A stretch of DNA of 64,000 nucleotides, from assembly GCF_022539665.2 (NCBI RefSeq), contig NC_081333.1, forward strand, positions 12,834,001 through 12,898,000. The letters are read 5' to 3'. Shown here in pieces: positions 14,352 through 28,300 of this stretch (the stretch's first letter is position 1; each line of letters starts with the position of its first letter). Source of the DNA: Daphnia carinata. Taxonomy: Eukaryota. The position numbers and the translations under genes were made by a program. The notes under the pieces are model-generated. The model did not search any database and had not been told where the DNA came from. It worked only from the letters and a program-made list of their open reading frames with translations.

Positions 14352-17300
14352 CTAGAATCCGGTGAATGTCGCAATTGCTGCCATCAAAATGACGAAATGA
14401 TTAACGAATGTACTGGTAGCTGAAGACGGGGTGGTGGCCACTGTCGATTGCGTAGTCGGGCTGGTACCTGAACTTGCTGTCGTCTCTTCTGGCGCTGGGT
14501 TTTGACTCTTAAGCCAATTGACGATGGTGTCGTAATGTTTCTGAACCCACTTAACATTCGTTCGTGCCAATTCGATTCCTTGTCTGGCTGATGCAGAATT
14601 AAACGAAGTCGGGTGATCGGTCGACAATTTGATCAACTATAAGGATCAAACAGCAGGTTAAAAATCTCGTAGTGAAATTGTTTGAATGCAAATACCTTAT
14701 CGAGTTTCTCGTCGGTATTGACTCGGTTGCATAGCGCACGGAATAACCTTGTTATAGCATCTCCACCGAAGCCTTCGTAACTGCCGAAACTGCGAGCCAA
14801 GACATTTCTTATTAGGTGTACCGTAATACATCGATCTACAGAAATTTTGCGCTTACTAAGCAACAATGTCGTCCCAGCGGTTAGTCAGGAAATCGAGTGC
14901 TACACCATGTCCAACTGGATTGGCTGCAATGTTGCTGAAAAGAGTATTGGCGTCTTGAAGCCTGATGCCAGACGTTGACGTGATCATCATTTCGAGCATT
15001 CTGCATGATAGAAGTTCAAAAAATGTGTTAAGTACCAACTCTTTTTGTTTTGAGACATAGCATTTGTTACTCGTTGAGGATGCCAATGTCTTGGCTGCAT
15101 GTTATTGATCTCAACAATTCCGTCTTCTCGTTGGCCAAAGTCGAGTCCAAGTATCTGTTGAAGCCGAATTGCCATTCGGGTCTACCTCCCTGAGCGATGG
15201 CCGTGCAAGAAATCAGCCGACGTAAATTGGGCTGTAATCTGCGAAGGGAAACACCAAAATTTCATTATAGCACACCGTTTTTTCCTATGTTTGCCAAGTT
15301 TATTCCGGGTTTATACTCTTTGGTGGCGTCCGCCATCCAGGCGTGGTAGTCTCTGTTTGCTTTGGTAATACAGTTACTTATGTTCAGTCTGCCACAGGCC
15401 CAGCTGACAGCTTGCGAACGTGTAAATACGGTTAGATGTGCGTCACTATTGCTTGCTTCATATTTGACGTAATCGTACAAGGCTGTCACCAAGACGGTCA
15501 TGTAGTTCTGTAAACGATACAAATTAGTGATTTCTAGTCATTTCTTTCGGCTAATAAAATAAACTATTGTTAGTTACCTTCCATTCTCGTTCATCTGGAT
15601 ATCCATAGAGCATAATATCAATGTAATCGAGAGCTACAGAGGCAGCTGTCCACGGTGCGTAGTCTCGTTCGTGTGACAAGTAGCGGGTCAGTTCCATGGC
15701 GGTCACGTAGGTCGTAAGGTTTGAGCGAGCCATGTTCAAATAATCGTCTAAAATCTGAGCTCGATTCTTTTTCGAAATGGCTGCATGGTTAGTCATCAGT
15801 TGATTTCGGATCATTTCGATATTTCGCTCGTCATAAATCACACGATAGTAACCTGTTAAATCATCTTTGTCACAATTTCTGGATTATTGAAACTAGTTTA
15901 AATCGACCTTCTTGGCCGACGTTGAAAATGACCCAGTTGGCCGACGAGCCTGGAAGCGATTGGATCACGTTGACACCGCTGCCACTGGGCATCCAATGTT
16001 TGCGGATGTCAACGAAATTGCTGGTGTACGTAAGCGGCACCCACCAGCTATAGTCGTTGTTGTCAGTTGAATTCTCGTTTTTCCTTAGCAAGAATCTTTG
16101 CTAGAAATTTGAGAAAAAGCAAAAATAATGATTAACATAACCAACGTCTTTTATAGCGTCAGTTTTACCTGCGAAGCTACGGCGCTGTTTGTCGAGTCGT
16201 ACAGCCTAGAGATATTAATAACAGGGTAACCCATCTGCCTTGTCCATGTTTCCATAATTGTTTCGACGGGGGCTGGAAGTTGGACGTTTTCAGTAATCGC
16301 CTGGGTATTTAGCGCATCCCACAGATCTTTTTGGACCGTATTTCCGTAAGCGCTGGACATTAACAGGTAAATTGTTAATATTTTTAGATCCCACCTTTTG
16401 CATGTATAACATACTTTTTATTGAGGTAACTGGTCACACCACGCCGAAAGACTGGTTCTCCCAAAAAATCTGCGCACATGCGGATGATGCAACTGCCTGT
16501 TAAGGTATAATTATTATTTATCTTTCGCGATATCCGACCTGTTCTGCGAAACAAACCCTTCCATACCTTTCTCGTAAGAAATGGCGTCAAACATTTGATT
16601 AATTTGACTAGGTGTGTTGACTTCGAAATCAATGGGCCGCGACGTTTCGAGTGCATCAATGCCAAACACGTAATGCAAATCAGTTACGGTAAACTGTTCA
16701 TTCATTTCAAACCCAGGCTCCACCTGTGTTTAATATGTCATTACAGAATAACACTCGAGTTGTCTAATCCCATTTAATCAATATTTACGTAATCAGTGCC
16801 AGGGTATTCCATGTAACTAGCAAATCCTTCGTTCAACCAGATAACATTCCACCTGTTACCCCCACAAAAAAATGTGAGTTAGCGCTACGTGCCCAAATCG
16901 TAAATGAAAGAAACCTACCAATCCATTGTGACTAAATTTCCAAACCACTGATGAGCTAACTCGTGCGCAATAATAATGGCTACCCTTTGCTTAGCACTTG
17001 CCGAAGACCGTTTTTCATCGTACAGCAAATCCGTTTCCCTACGAAATCAACGAACAATGATTACAAAGTACACTGACGCAATTCATGTCGACAAGTGTTA
17101 TACCTATAAGTGATAAGTCCCCAGTTCTCCATGGCACCTGCGTGTGCAACAAAACAAATTAGAGTAAAAGGCAAAGAAATATGTGTTAGTACAAAACCGG
17201 ACCAGCGGCAAAATCGGGAATAGCTGCCATATCCACCTTTGGCAAAGGGAATGGAATATTGAAATATTTTGTAACGTAATCGTTGAGAATCCTCGGACCA

Positions 17301-18544
17301 ATATCTGCCGAGTATCTGTTAACCGAAATAATCATTAGAAAATCAGAAATGATGTTCAGAAAGCAATTGGAATAGGCACTTTGTTTGATTGCGGAAACTT
17401 GGCCGGGCCCAGATCTTGAATTGGACACCAGGACTTAGTGAAGGATTAGAAAGTTCACTAACGAATTCGGAGACCATCTAAATAAGGGATTAATTCACAT
17501 AAGCGAGAATGGATTCGGCTGAAATGCTACGATTTTCCAGACGTACCATAGCAACGAGATAAGACGACATTTTGACGGACGGTTCGAAATGGTTCCACAC
17601 ATAGCCTGGCATGTTTGGACTAAATAAAATGTTTATAATTGCACCCTAAACAGCAAACGTGCAATACACTATAATTGTTATCAGGACAACAATACTTACA
17701 TGGGTTCATCGGATTTTAGAGGCATGTTACTAATGGCTGACATAGTCGTCTTGCGACCGACGGTAATCGTGAAGGTGGCTTTCATATTTGGCTCGTCGAA
17801 ACAAGGAAAAGCACGGCGGGCATCGGGGGCTTCCATTTGTGACACTGCCAAATACCTTGTACACGAAAATGGTTGTTTGTAAAGTGTTCGTTTCTCGGAT
17901 TGGTACGATTACTTATTAACGTTGTTTTCGACGTATGTGGACCTATAAAAGCCGCGCAAATCTTCATTCAAGTATGAAATAAATTTCATCGATATCTTGT
18001 AAGTTTTCCCGACAACCAATGGGGTTTTCAAGTTGATGGTGATAATTTCTCTTGGGTCTTGTTCGTCATAGAACTTCTCGACATCCCACTGTTTGCTGTC
18101 TGCAATGTCGACGACCTAAACAAGAACGATATAATCGGCCCATATGTTTCATCCTACCAGTTCATTTGGCTCGTATACCTGTATCGATTCTTTCTTAATG
18201 TCGAGTTCAGCGGCATTCATCGATATATTCGTGGTAGCAACTTTGCAATCAACTAATATTTCGATATAACCATCCGTGGTGAAATTACCCTCTTCAATAA
18301 ACGGCAGCAATCGGATAGTGTACGACGATGGCAACACCTCCCTGGGCAGGCGCATGTTTACCGTTTGAGTAGCTGCAGCTCTCACTAATCGCTCACGCAG
18401 TCCTTGGTACTTGTGCTCGTAAAGGGGTGCTTTCCGTGAAGGTGCATACCACCAAACGCTCTCATCCTTGGTCGATTGCACGAGCTCTCCGACAGCGATT
18501 GCAAAGACTGTTGCTAACAACAGCCCCAGTAAGACAACTTTCAT
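14352..18544 (-). CDS. Aminopeptidase N-like M1 metallopeptidase (APN-3), with signal peptide, short S/T stalk and GPI-type C-terminus
   Basis: [39 protein letters not shown] (about 17104-17138), [39 protein letters not shown]. Confidence 0.93.
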
Positions 18545-20089
18545 TTCGAACTTTATCCACGTTGCAAAAGATATTTTTAAGAAACGCAAACTTAAAGGGA
18601 ATTGTATGATTTTTACAAATGTTACCTGTGATGCACGTCGACTTGAGTCCGATGAAGAGGCTAAGACAGACCCCGAGAGAATAAAGCGGCATTTCCCCTA
18701 GACGTTCGTTTAAAAACACTAAAATGCTATTTGGATTCATTTACAATGCAATCTATTTTTGTTGGGTCTTCAGTTACAAATTCTTATCTTTTCAGTAGGT
18801 TATATTGGGGTGCCGATCAAGCCGAGTAACGCAAGTCAAGCTATCGCACGCTTGGCCTTCATCGTTGCGTGTAATAACCAGCAATTTACAACATCAACTA
18901 ATCTCCGGCATTAAACCCTATACTTTAGCTGATGCACTCCTGTTTATTGCGCGAGCGGTATCCTCCAATAATTTTTCAACGTGCATTTATCATCTTACAA
19001 TCGCACCCACTTATTTATGATTCGTACAGCATAAAAATTAATCCTGGAAGAAACGTGTTTCATCCGGCCATCTATCCTTTAAGTTTCTGGATTCTATAAC
19101 CTTCAGTTTCACCTTTAGGTGGTTTGAGAACGAAAACTAGCTGACAAACACGTGACATCATTAAAGATTTTTAAACCGTTCCCTGTTTTTCTTTGGTCAA
19201 ATATATCGGCTTTGTCCTTTGGCTGTCAATGACAATCCAGAGGAAGGGTAACGAAACGATAAGAACAACGGGCTCATTACCTTGCGTTCAACATTTCGAA
19301 AAAGGTAAGTTCATCACCCCTCCCCTTCTCTGCGCAAAAAATAGAAAGAGGTGACCCGTTCACACGTAATGTTGTAATCAGACGGAAGGGAACGCGACCA
19401 GACCTGTCACCAATTGGATTTTGCATCAAAGTAAAAAATGACGCGATGCAATCATCAACGAAACTTAATGTAAGCCGAGGCACGTCAGTGATAGTAAGTG
19501 ATTGATCGCTGAAAACGATTAAGGTTTTGAGACCATCAAGTGGCTTTCTGCGGTATAATTTTCCAGTTAAACAGAATGCGGGCTTTCTGTCCTGTTACAT
19601 TTTTTCAAGTGGAACGAGTTCACGAGCTATAACCAGATTCAGCGGGCATAAACACAATGACAGGTAAGTATTGTTGGCTTTATTAGTGGTTTTTTTTTCT
19701 TCTAAACCGCTGTTATTCTTTTGCCTCGTATCTGTCATTATGTCCATTTGCGTATAGTGGTAAGGTGGCCGTAAAGTGATGAGCATCCTTAACAACGAAA
19801 GTAACGAAATCGTGGTTGGCTGACAGCACTTGCCGGCCAATGCCCGTCAGTGACACAGTTCCCGTACTTCCTGCTTGTATGTATCATTTGCCACAATAAT
19901 TCCGCCTGTTTATTCTTTGAATGCTCCATTGAGTCATAGCCGATAGCCAATATGTTGTGGCACAGGCTTGTATGCCAAAGTCTTCCTTATTGCCAATCGC
20001 CCCATGTTGCTCACGTATTGTATAAAACTACCAGTCGTCTCAAAGCCAACCAACAGTCACCTGGACAAGCTCCATCAGAAATAAGCCTA

Positions 20090-23000
20090 ATGCTGCTCCA
20101 GTGTTGTCGTGCGTTTGTGCTGGTTTCGTCGCTGCTGGTCGTCGTCACCGCAGTCGAACCCGATACAGGTGTGCGTTTACCTCGTCATTTAATTCCTCGT
20201 CATTACACTGTTAGATTGTTGCCGCACGTCCTGGACGAGAAAGAAAATGCCACTCTGGACGGCTCTGTACAAATCGACGTCCTTTGCATCCAAGATACTC
20301 CACAAATTTTCCTGCATGCTGTCGGCATTCGAGTGAATCTGGAATCCATCAAAATCTACGACCGAGGGTCCAAAGAGCGTTTTCCTGTCCAGAACATCAC
20401 AGAGGATGTTGAGAACCAGTTTGTTATTCTTCACCTAAGACGAAAGTATCTCGTCAAGGGAGCCAATTATGTGTTGGCCATGACTTTTATCGGTCGTCTC
20501 AACAATCAAGATCATTCCCGAGGTTTCTATCGTTTGAGGTACATGGAAGCTGGTCGACCGAGGTATGTTTCATTTTAAGAATTAGCGAAATTCAAGTGGT
20601 ACGTTTAGCTTTTTATTTCTAGCATGATGGCGTTGACACAAATGGAGCCAATCGACGCTCGGAAAGTCTTCCCATGTTTTGATGAGCCTGATTTGAAAGC
20701 TGATTTTAGCGTCATTGTGGGTCGACCCGGTCACATGATTTCTGTTAGCAATATGCCTCTGTACAGAACTTTACCTATGTAAGTAAAGACCTGGCTGACT
20801 TTTCATTCGCATTTAATTGAAAGTGGACCCTCAACCTCAAATGGATTAATATGCAGGTATGGAGAAGGATTTCCTGGTTATGAATGGGACGTTTTCCATC
20901 GTTCATATGCCATGTCAACGTACCTAGTCTCTGTGGCTATATTGGACAGCGCTTCTTGGTTGAGTATGTCAGACGGAAATGTCAACTTGAGATTGTGGGC
21001 TCGTCCGTCGCTTCTTAATCAAACAAGGTTTAAAATTTTTCCCGCTCAAGTCTCAGTTTAAGATGATTTCATTTTCACTTTCTTAACAGGCATTCTTTGA
21101 AGGTAGCTAGAAAACTGCTTGATTTTTACCAAAACTATTTGGCGCTGGATTTCCCACTACCCAAACAGGACATTATCGCTGTCCCCAATATAGAAACTGC
21201 CATGGAAAACTGGGGCCTCATCATTTCCGGCGAGCAGTTCCTCACACAGGAAGAGGGGGTTACGTCAGAAGCCAAGAAAGAAATCAACACCTTGGTGATG
21301 GCTCACGAAATGGCTCACCAGTGGTTTGGAAACCTAGTCACGTTGAACTGGTAATCTTTGCTCGTTCGGATTGCCTTTTGTTGGCAAACAAGCAATCGTA
21401 ATTATTTACTTTTTGAATTTTGAAGGTGGACAGACATCTGGTTGAACGAAGGATTAGCTACTTATCTTTCCTACGTTGCTGTAGACCAGGTGAAATTGGT
21501 CAATATTGAATGTATTTCACTAAACGTCAAAGTAATATCGTTTTGTTTATTCCAATACCGAATCAGGTTTATCCCGATTACAAAATGATCGAAAAATTCG
21601 TTCTCAGTGAGATGCAAAAAGTGATGTTCGATGACGCCTTATTAACTTCCCATCCCGTTTACCGAACGACTAATCAGACAGAAGAAATCACTTCAGTCTT
21701 TGATGTCATTTCGTACAAAAAAGGCGCTTCCATATTGAGGATGTTGAACGAAATGATTGGTCACAAAACTTTCAAGCAAGGGCTAACACGCTATTTAAAA
21801 ACTCTGTAAGCGTATTCTTCCTTTCGTTTAAACTATTCACTTCCAGCCTTGTAACTCATCCTTTGATCTTCGTTAACATCCAGAGAATACCATAACGCTG
21901 TACAGAATGATTTGTGGTCAGCGTTCACAAGACAGGCAGTCATTAACAAGGTGAAACTGCCCTATGATATAAAAACGATTATGGAGACCTGGACGCATAA
22001 CGTTGGCTATCCAGTTGTGACGATAGCTCGCAATTATTCTGCCCGTACGGCCACGGTAGCGCAATCCCGTTTCCTTTTATACCAAGACAAGAATTCCTCC
22101 ATCATAGACGATGGTGAAGAAAATCTTTGGATCATTCCATTAACTTTTACCACAGCACCCTCTGCGAACCAGGAGCCTCAACTGAGATGGTTGCCTCAAC
22201 TGTCGCAAGCAGAGAAAATAGCGGATTTCAACGTTCCCGCTGACCAATGGGTTATCTTCAATGTGAATCGTACAGGTAATATATATTTCATAGTCTTTCA
22301 TTGGACGAAAACTGGAAATGTATGAGTGCAGAAGTTGTAGTCTGATCACGCGCCTATCGTAAAAATGCCAACGCTTTTATCTTCACATCGCTTTAGATAA
22401 TCACGAACTAGGTGTATCTGTTTTTTTATTGCCCAGGATTTTTTCGAGTGAATTACGATGAGCGCAATTGGAATTTAATCTGGGCTCAGCTACTTCATGA
22501 TCCACGACAGATTCCCACTATAAGCAGAGCCCAAATTATAGATGACGCGTTTCATTTGGCTCGAGCTGGTCTCTTACCATATCAAATGGCTTTTAATTTG
22601 GCCAATTATTTGAAGAAGGAAACAGACTATTTGCCATGGAAATCCGCTTTGGACGCCTTCAGTTACATTAATATGATGCTGGCTGGCTCGCCGACTACCC
22701 ACGAAGCGTTTAAGGTATTACAACTACGAAATGCTCGTTTCGTTTTTGGGATACTAAGAGCTGTATAAATTCATTTTTCCTTTATGTTTTGCAGCAATTT
22801 GCAATTGGGATTCTGACGCCAATGTACCAACAAATGAAAGTTTTAGGCAGCAATAACAAAGACCCCGTGGCTCGGCAACTTCTTTCAGAGGCCACTAAAT
22901 GGGCCTGCCAATGGGATCAGACAGATTGCGTCGAATACGCGCTTTCCGCTTATCGAGACTGGATGGCCCAATTAAACGGCTCTGCAGTTATAGTGCCAGC

Positions 23001-23733
23001 TGATCTGAAACGCGTCGTTACCTGCACAGCGATACGTCACCTGAACTTGTCCGAATGGCAGTTTGCTTGGAAAAAATTCCAGGAATCCAACATTCACTCG
23101 GAAAAGGAAGATCTGCTTGCGGGAATGACTTGTACCACCAACACATCTCTTTTATCCACGTACTACTTGTTTATTATCAATGGAATCTCTAATAGCCAAA
23201 ATTATTTTTAATAATGAAATTTCTTTTCACAGCATGTTGCAATGGACGCTGGGGAACTCTTCCCACCGGTTGGACAGCATTCACTTCCTCGATGTCATTA
23301 AGAATATTGCATCGGAAACGTTAAAGGGCAGAGATTTTGCCTTTGAATTCCTAGCTTCTCACTGGGATTTGCTAAAATTCAGGTTCTTATTTAATAATTT
23401 ACGCTTTAAATTGAAATTAAACTAAATTTACATGAAATGCAATAACTGGTTACAGATACAATGATCGACCAGACTCGGCACTAGAAATGGTCGCTTCATC
23501 ATTCAACACTTTGTCTGATTTGGAAAAGGTATGCACATTTAAAACAGGCTTTCTGAATTATTCCTTTCTAATAAATAGTCACAAACATTCGTTTATAGAT
23601 GGATGCTTTCAACAGTAATCATGGGGAGGGCGATCTGATTTCGTACCTTTATAGTGTAACCGAGGCCAACATTCAGTGGATGTCGAAACATTATCAAGCC
23701 ATTGACGAATGGCTTCACCAGTTGCTAGTTTAA
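20090..23733 (+). CDS. Aminopeptidase N-like M1 metallopeptidase (APN-4), divergently oriented; signal peptide, no stalk or GPI tail
   Basis: [75 protein letters not shown]. The last exon ends ...NIQWMSKHYQAIDEWLHQLLV* at 23733. Confidence 0.92.
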
Positions 23734-24359
23734 ATTAAAGCTTACATTAAATTATTATAAAGTGTTATGTTTATAAGGAACTTCTATGTACCGACGAAAA
23801 ATTAAAACGAGTAGAACAACAATACACATAAAATTGTTTGCAGCTAAAAAAAAGTGCAAAAAAAGTATTGAAAGGTGTGATCTTTATGCATTTATTGAAT
23901 TTTTAATAATTTAGCTTACACGCCACCTTTAAAGCTGTAAATCATGAAGAAACGAAGGGAGTTCCCCGAGGACGATCGTTAAAAAAATATCACCTGTTGG
24001 AACTACTTAAAAATTATATTATTTACTCAACATTAAACGCTGTCGGAGAAAGTTACAATTTTTTCATCGAAATTGATAGTTTTTTTAATATACCGAACAG
24101 TTGTGCTGTGTAACGCTAGCGCAGTTTTTTATGCTTATTCAAAGAAACTTCAGGTTCCACGTGAAAATGAAACTGGGAAGGCAGGTAAAAACACTACAGA
24201 AAGGTTAATAGTGTTCTTTGAGTTGTTTACGTCGTTCATTTTTCAACTAGCCTTATAGTTTTTGCACCAAACGCCAAAAACGAATAATAGTGTCGCTAAT
24301 AGCAGTTTGTTTTCTTTTGATGTCGAAACGGCTGGTTTAAGGAGAAAACGAATCGCTGA

Positions 24360-24890
24360 ATCGAAATCAGCGTTCAATTTTCATTATACTGTGTGAGTTT
24401 CATCGCATTCCAAGGGATGTCTTTTTTGGCCGATTTTGACAAAAGTGAGAAGGCTATACCCTTACCACTTTTGTCAAAATCAGCCAAATACCTAAATCTC
24501 TTGGAATACGTTAAAAATCACGCACTGTACTCGGAATTTAATGTTGATTCAGGAAAAGTGATTCGTTTTTTTCGTCAAATCAATTGCTTTTGAAATATAC
24601 CTAATAAATGAGATGTAAAACATTAGCGCCGGAACGTGCTAGCGCACAACTATGTTAACCCGTTTTTGGCGTTTATTTTTAAAACCGCAAGTTTTGCGTA
24701 AAAATCAAGTCGATATATGTGATTCCCGTTTAATTTTGAATCGAAATATTGTATTTTTAACCATATCTAGAGTTTGGCGAAAAATGAAAAGGAGTCAAAA
24801 TCAGGTTGTCAAAATCGACAAAAAACGAAATCTCTTAGAATTCGATAAAAGTTACACTGCATTGTCAAAATTAAACGCCGATTTCGATTA
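24360..24890. mobile_element. Foldback/MITE-like repeat with nested inverted repeats
   Basis: Palindrome ttggccgattttgacaaaagtg...cacttttgtcaaaatcagccaa centred at about 24456. 24360-24441 is also inverted relative to 24807-24890. 24683-24790 recurs as a direct repeat at 31275-31385. Confidence 0.6.
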
Positions 24891-26778
24891 TATTAGTGGT
24901 ATTTTCATTAAATCAGCCGTTTTATTGATATTATTTGTTTTATAGAAAAGTCGGGCTTATTATTTTGTCTGGCTTTTCTTTCTATCGAACCTACTTTCAA
25001 GCGCCGTAGGATACTGGCGCGCTAGTTAATAAGCCGCAAAAAGGAGTGATGCCTAAATTAATGGATGTATTGTTGCTAGATGGCAGTGCAGGATAAAATC
25101 AACCGAGAGAAATTGTAAACAAAATAATAGCAGTTTTCAAAAAAAGAAAAAATGCATCAAATGCCGATACGTAGACGTGAGACTCAGTGTCGTAGGAATA
25201 CTAACAGTATGTAGCAACAAATCTAACACTTATTTGCAAACACAATAAGTCACGTTCTGATATAATTGAGAAAGAATGTTTCTTTTACCTACGCCGACTA
25301 TAAGTGTTTGCATTACTCACGGCGGAAATGGTACCCTTACCGAATTAGTTCGAAAGCGCGTTGGCGCAAGTTTCTACCGAACAAATTTATATAACCGTAT
25401 TCGGTTACAACATAATGGACGTGCGCACTGGTGGTAACATTTCCAGCTCATTTTTTCGTAGTAACCTACATTAAACTTTGGGTTTGGAAAACGTTTTTAA
25501 ATGGTACCATACGATGAAGAAGAAGGCTGTAATACCTTGTTTCAAAAATGGAACCATTTTGGATTCGCCCTTTAGCTTTGAGGTAAAAAATATAAATATG
25601 TAAAAAAAGGGAAGGGACTTGTTCGTGTAACTTGAATCGCAACAGTTAGTTGACCACCGCAGTGTGAGCGTAATAGTCGCCACAGGACCCTTTGAGTTTA
25701 CCGGGGATCCCCCACCCGGCTCTCAGCAGTTGCCTGACCCAGACGAATCTGTACCTAGCTGGATGTTTCTTCCAACGGAACTGTTCTCACATAGTCACGT
25801 GATTTACCATCATATCCGTGCATAGCTCGAATATCACAGTGTGGATGGGGGACCATCCATCACAGAAATGATCATCGACAATTCCGCATCTGTCTCCAGT
25901 TTTGGCCATCTGGACGATTAAAGAACCTAGCCAGCTCCATGACGCTTACCACGACTCACATGCAACACGGTGGGACCAACTGCTTGTTCAAGCCGGCTTC
26001 ATGACTAGAATGTGTAATGTAAGGTACTTGGCGATCAGATCTCTCATCCAGCCCTCCTTTCATTCTACACTCAGTCGCCTAATGTACTAGGGAAGAATCC
26101 TTAGTCACTAGCTAGCCCCGACCCTCAAAGAAGATGTTTCATCAACGTTAATATACCGTGAAACGCAGAGTATAAAAGCGCTGCTGCTGAAATCGTCACT
26201 ATTACAGTCAAAAGGGGGAATAATATAATTTTGGAGGTACATCAAAGTAAAATGAAAAAGTGAACTGTATTAAGAAAATTATATTCCTTTTGTTTGCAGA
26301 AACACCAAATGAATGTATTGATTTCCAGATTTATAAAACAAATTTTAATTGTGAGCACAGTACGGAACGCCGCTTGATCCATTTTTGTATAGCCAACTTG
26401 TTCTCCATGGTTGTCCGTTTATTTGGCAACTCCGCTAGTCGTCTCGATCATTTAAGATTTTTCTCATAGATGGTGCCAGCAACCAATGGTGAAACAATAA
26501 CAAATGTAACAGTTGATGGTTGAAAAGATTCACAAATGAGTCATATTGGCCAAGAGAAACTACACTCAATATACAACTTTACCAAGCTTAGTGTCTGTTT
26601 TAGGATTAGCTATTAAGTTTTGTACACATGTAAGACATCCATTAATTCTTGTTTGGAGCTCTCTTACGTCATGGATGAACAGATACCGAAGGAGATTAAC
26701 AGCATTGCTAACATTAGGAGATTTAAGTCCAAGCCAAAGCTAATGTTATCAAACTGAACAGGATTTACAAGGTCATGT

Positions 26779-28296
26779 GCCTTATTAACTTCCCATCCCG
26801 TTTACCGAACGACTAATCAGACAGAAGAAATCACTTTAGTCTTTGATGGCATCTCATACAAAAAAGGTGCTTCCATACTAAGGATGTTGAACGAAATGAT
26901 TGGTCACAAGACTTTCAAGCAAGGGCTAACACGCTATTTGAAAACTCTGTAAGCATATTCCTCCTTTTGTTTAAACTATTCACTTCCAGCCTTGTAAGTC
27001 ATCCTTTGATTTTGTTAACATCCAGAGAATACTGTAATGCTGTACAGCATTATCTGTGGTCAGCATTCACAAGACAGGCAGTGATTAACAAGGTGAAACT
27101 GCCCTATGACATAAAAACCATTATGGAGACCTGGACGCATAACGTTGGCTATCCAGTTGTGACGATAGCTCGCAATTAATCTGCGCGTACGGCCACGGCA
27201 GTGCAATCCCGTTTCCTTTTATACCAAGACAAGAATTCCTCCATCATAGAGGATGGCGAAGTAAATCTATGGATCATCCCACTAACTTTTACGACAGCAC
27301 CCTCTACGAACCAGGAGCCTCAATTGAGATGGTTGCCTCAACTGTCGCAAGCAGAGAAAATAGCGGATTTCAACGTTTTCGCTGACCAATGGGTTATCTT
27401 CAATGTGAATCGTACAGGTAATATATATTTCATAGTCTTTCATTGGACGAAAACTGGAAATGTATGAGTGCAGAAGTTGTAGTCTGATCACGCGCCTATC
27501 GTAAAAATGCCAACGCTTTTATCTTCACATCGCTTTAGATAATCACGAACTAGGTGTATCTGTTTTTTTTATTGCCCAGGATTTTTTCGAGTGAATTACG
27601 ATGAGCGCAATTGGAATTTAATCTGGGCTCAGCTACTTCATGATCCACGACAGATTCCCACTATAAGCAGAGCCCAAATTATAGATGACGCGTTTCATTT
27701 GGCTCGAGCTGGTCTCTTACCATATCAAATGGCTTTTAATTTGGCCAATTATTTGAAGAAGGAAACAGACTATTTGCCATGGAAATCCGCTTTGGACGCC
27801 TTCAGTTACATTGATATGATGCTGGCTCGCTCGCCAACTACATACGAAGCGTTTAAGGTATTACAACCACCAAATGCTCGTTTCGTTTTTTGGGACAGTA
27901 AGAGCTTTATAAATTCATTATCCTTTATGTTTTGCAGCAATTTGCAATTGGGATTCTGACGCCAATGTACCAACAAATGAAAGTTTTAGGCAGCAATAAA
28001 AAAGATCCTGTGGCTCGGCAACTTCTCTCAGAGGCTACCAAATGGGCCTGCAAATGGGATCAAACAGATTGCGTCGAATACGCGCTTTCCGCTTATCGAG
28101 ACTGGATGGCCCAATTAAACGGCTCTGCAGTTATAGTCCCAGCTGATCTGAAACGCGTCATTACCTGCACAGCGATACGTCACCTAAACTTGTCCGAATG
28201 GCAGTTTGCTTGGAAAAAATTCCAGGAATCCAACATTCACTCGGAAAAGGAAGATCTGCTTGCGGGAATGGCTTGAACCACAAACACATCTTCTTT
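26779..28296 (+). pseudogene. Internal genomic (intron-containing) duplicate of APN-4, corresponding to 21636-23152
   Basis: Near-identical to the parent including three introns. It starts and ends mid-exon, lacks the GAMEN/HEXXH region, and has stops TAT>TAA at 27177-27179 and TGT>TGA at 28274-28276. Confidence 0.93.
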
Positions 28297-28300
28297 TCTC

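Noticed and set aside
25680..26770. GC-richer segment and exon-like pieces upstream of the APN pseudogene
   Set aside because: May be further captured or retroelement fragments, but the frames I examined contain stops and no recognisable motif.
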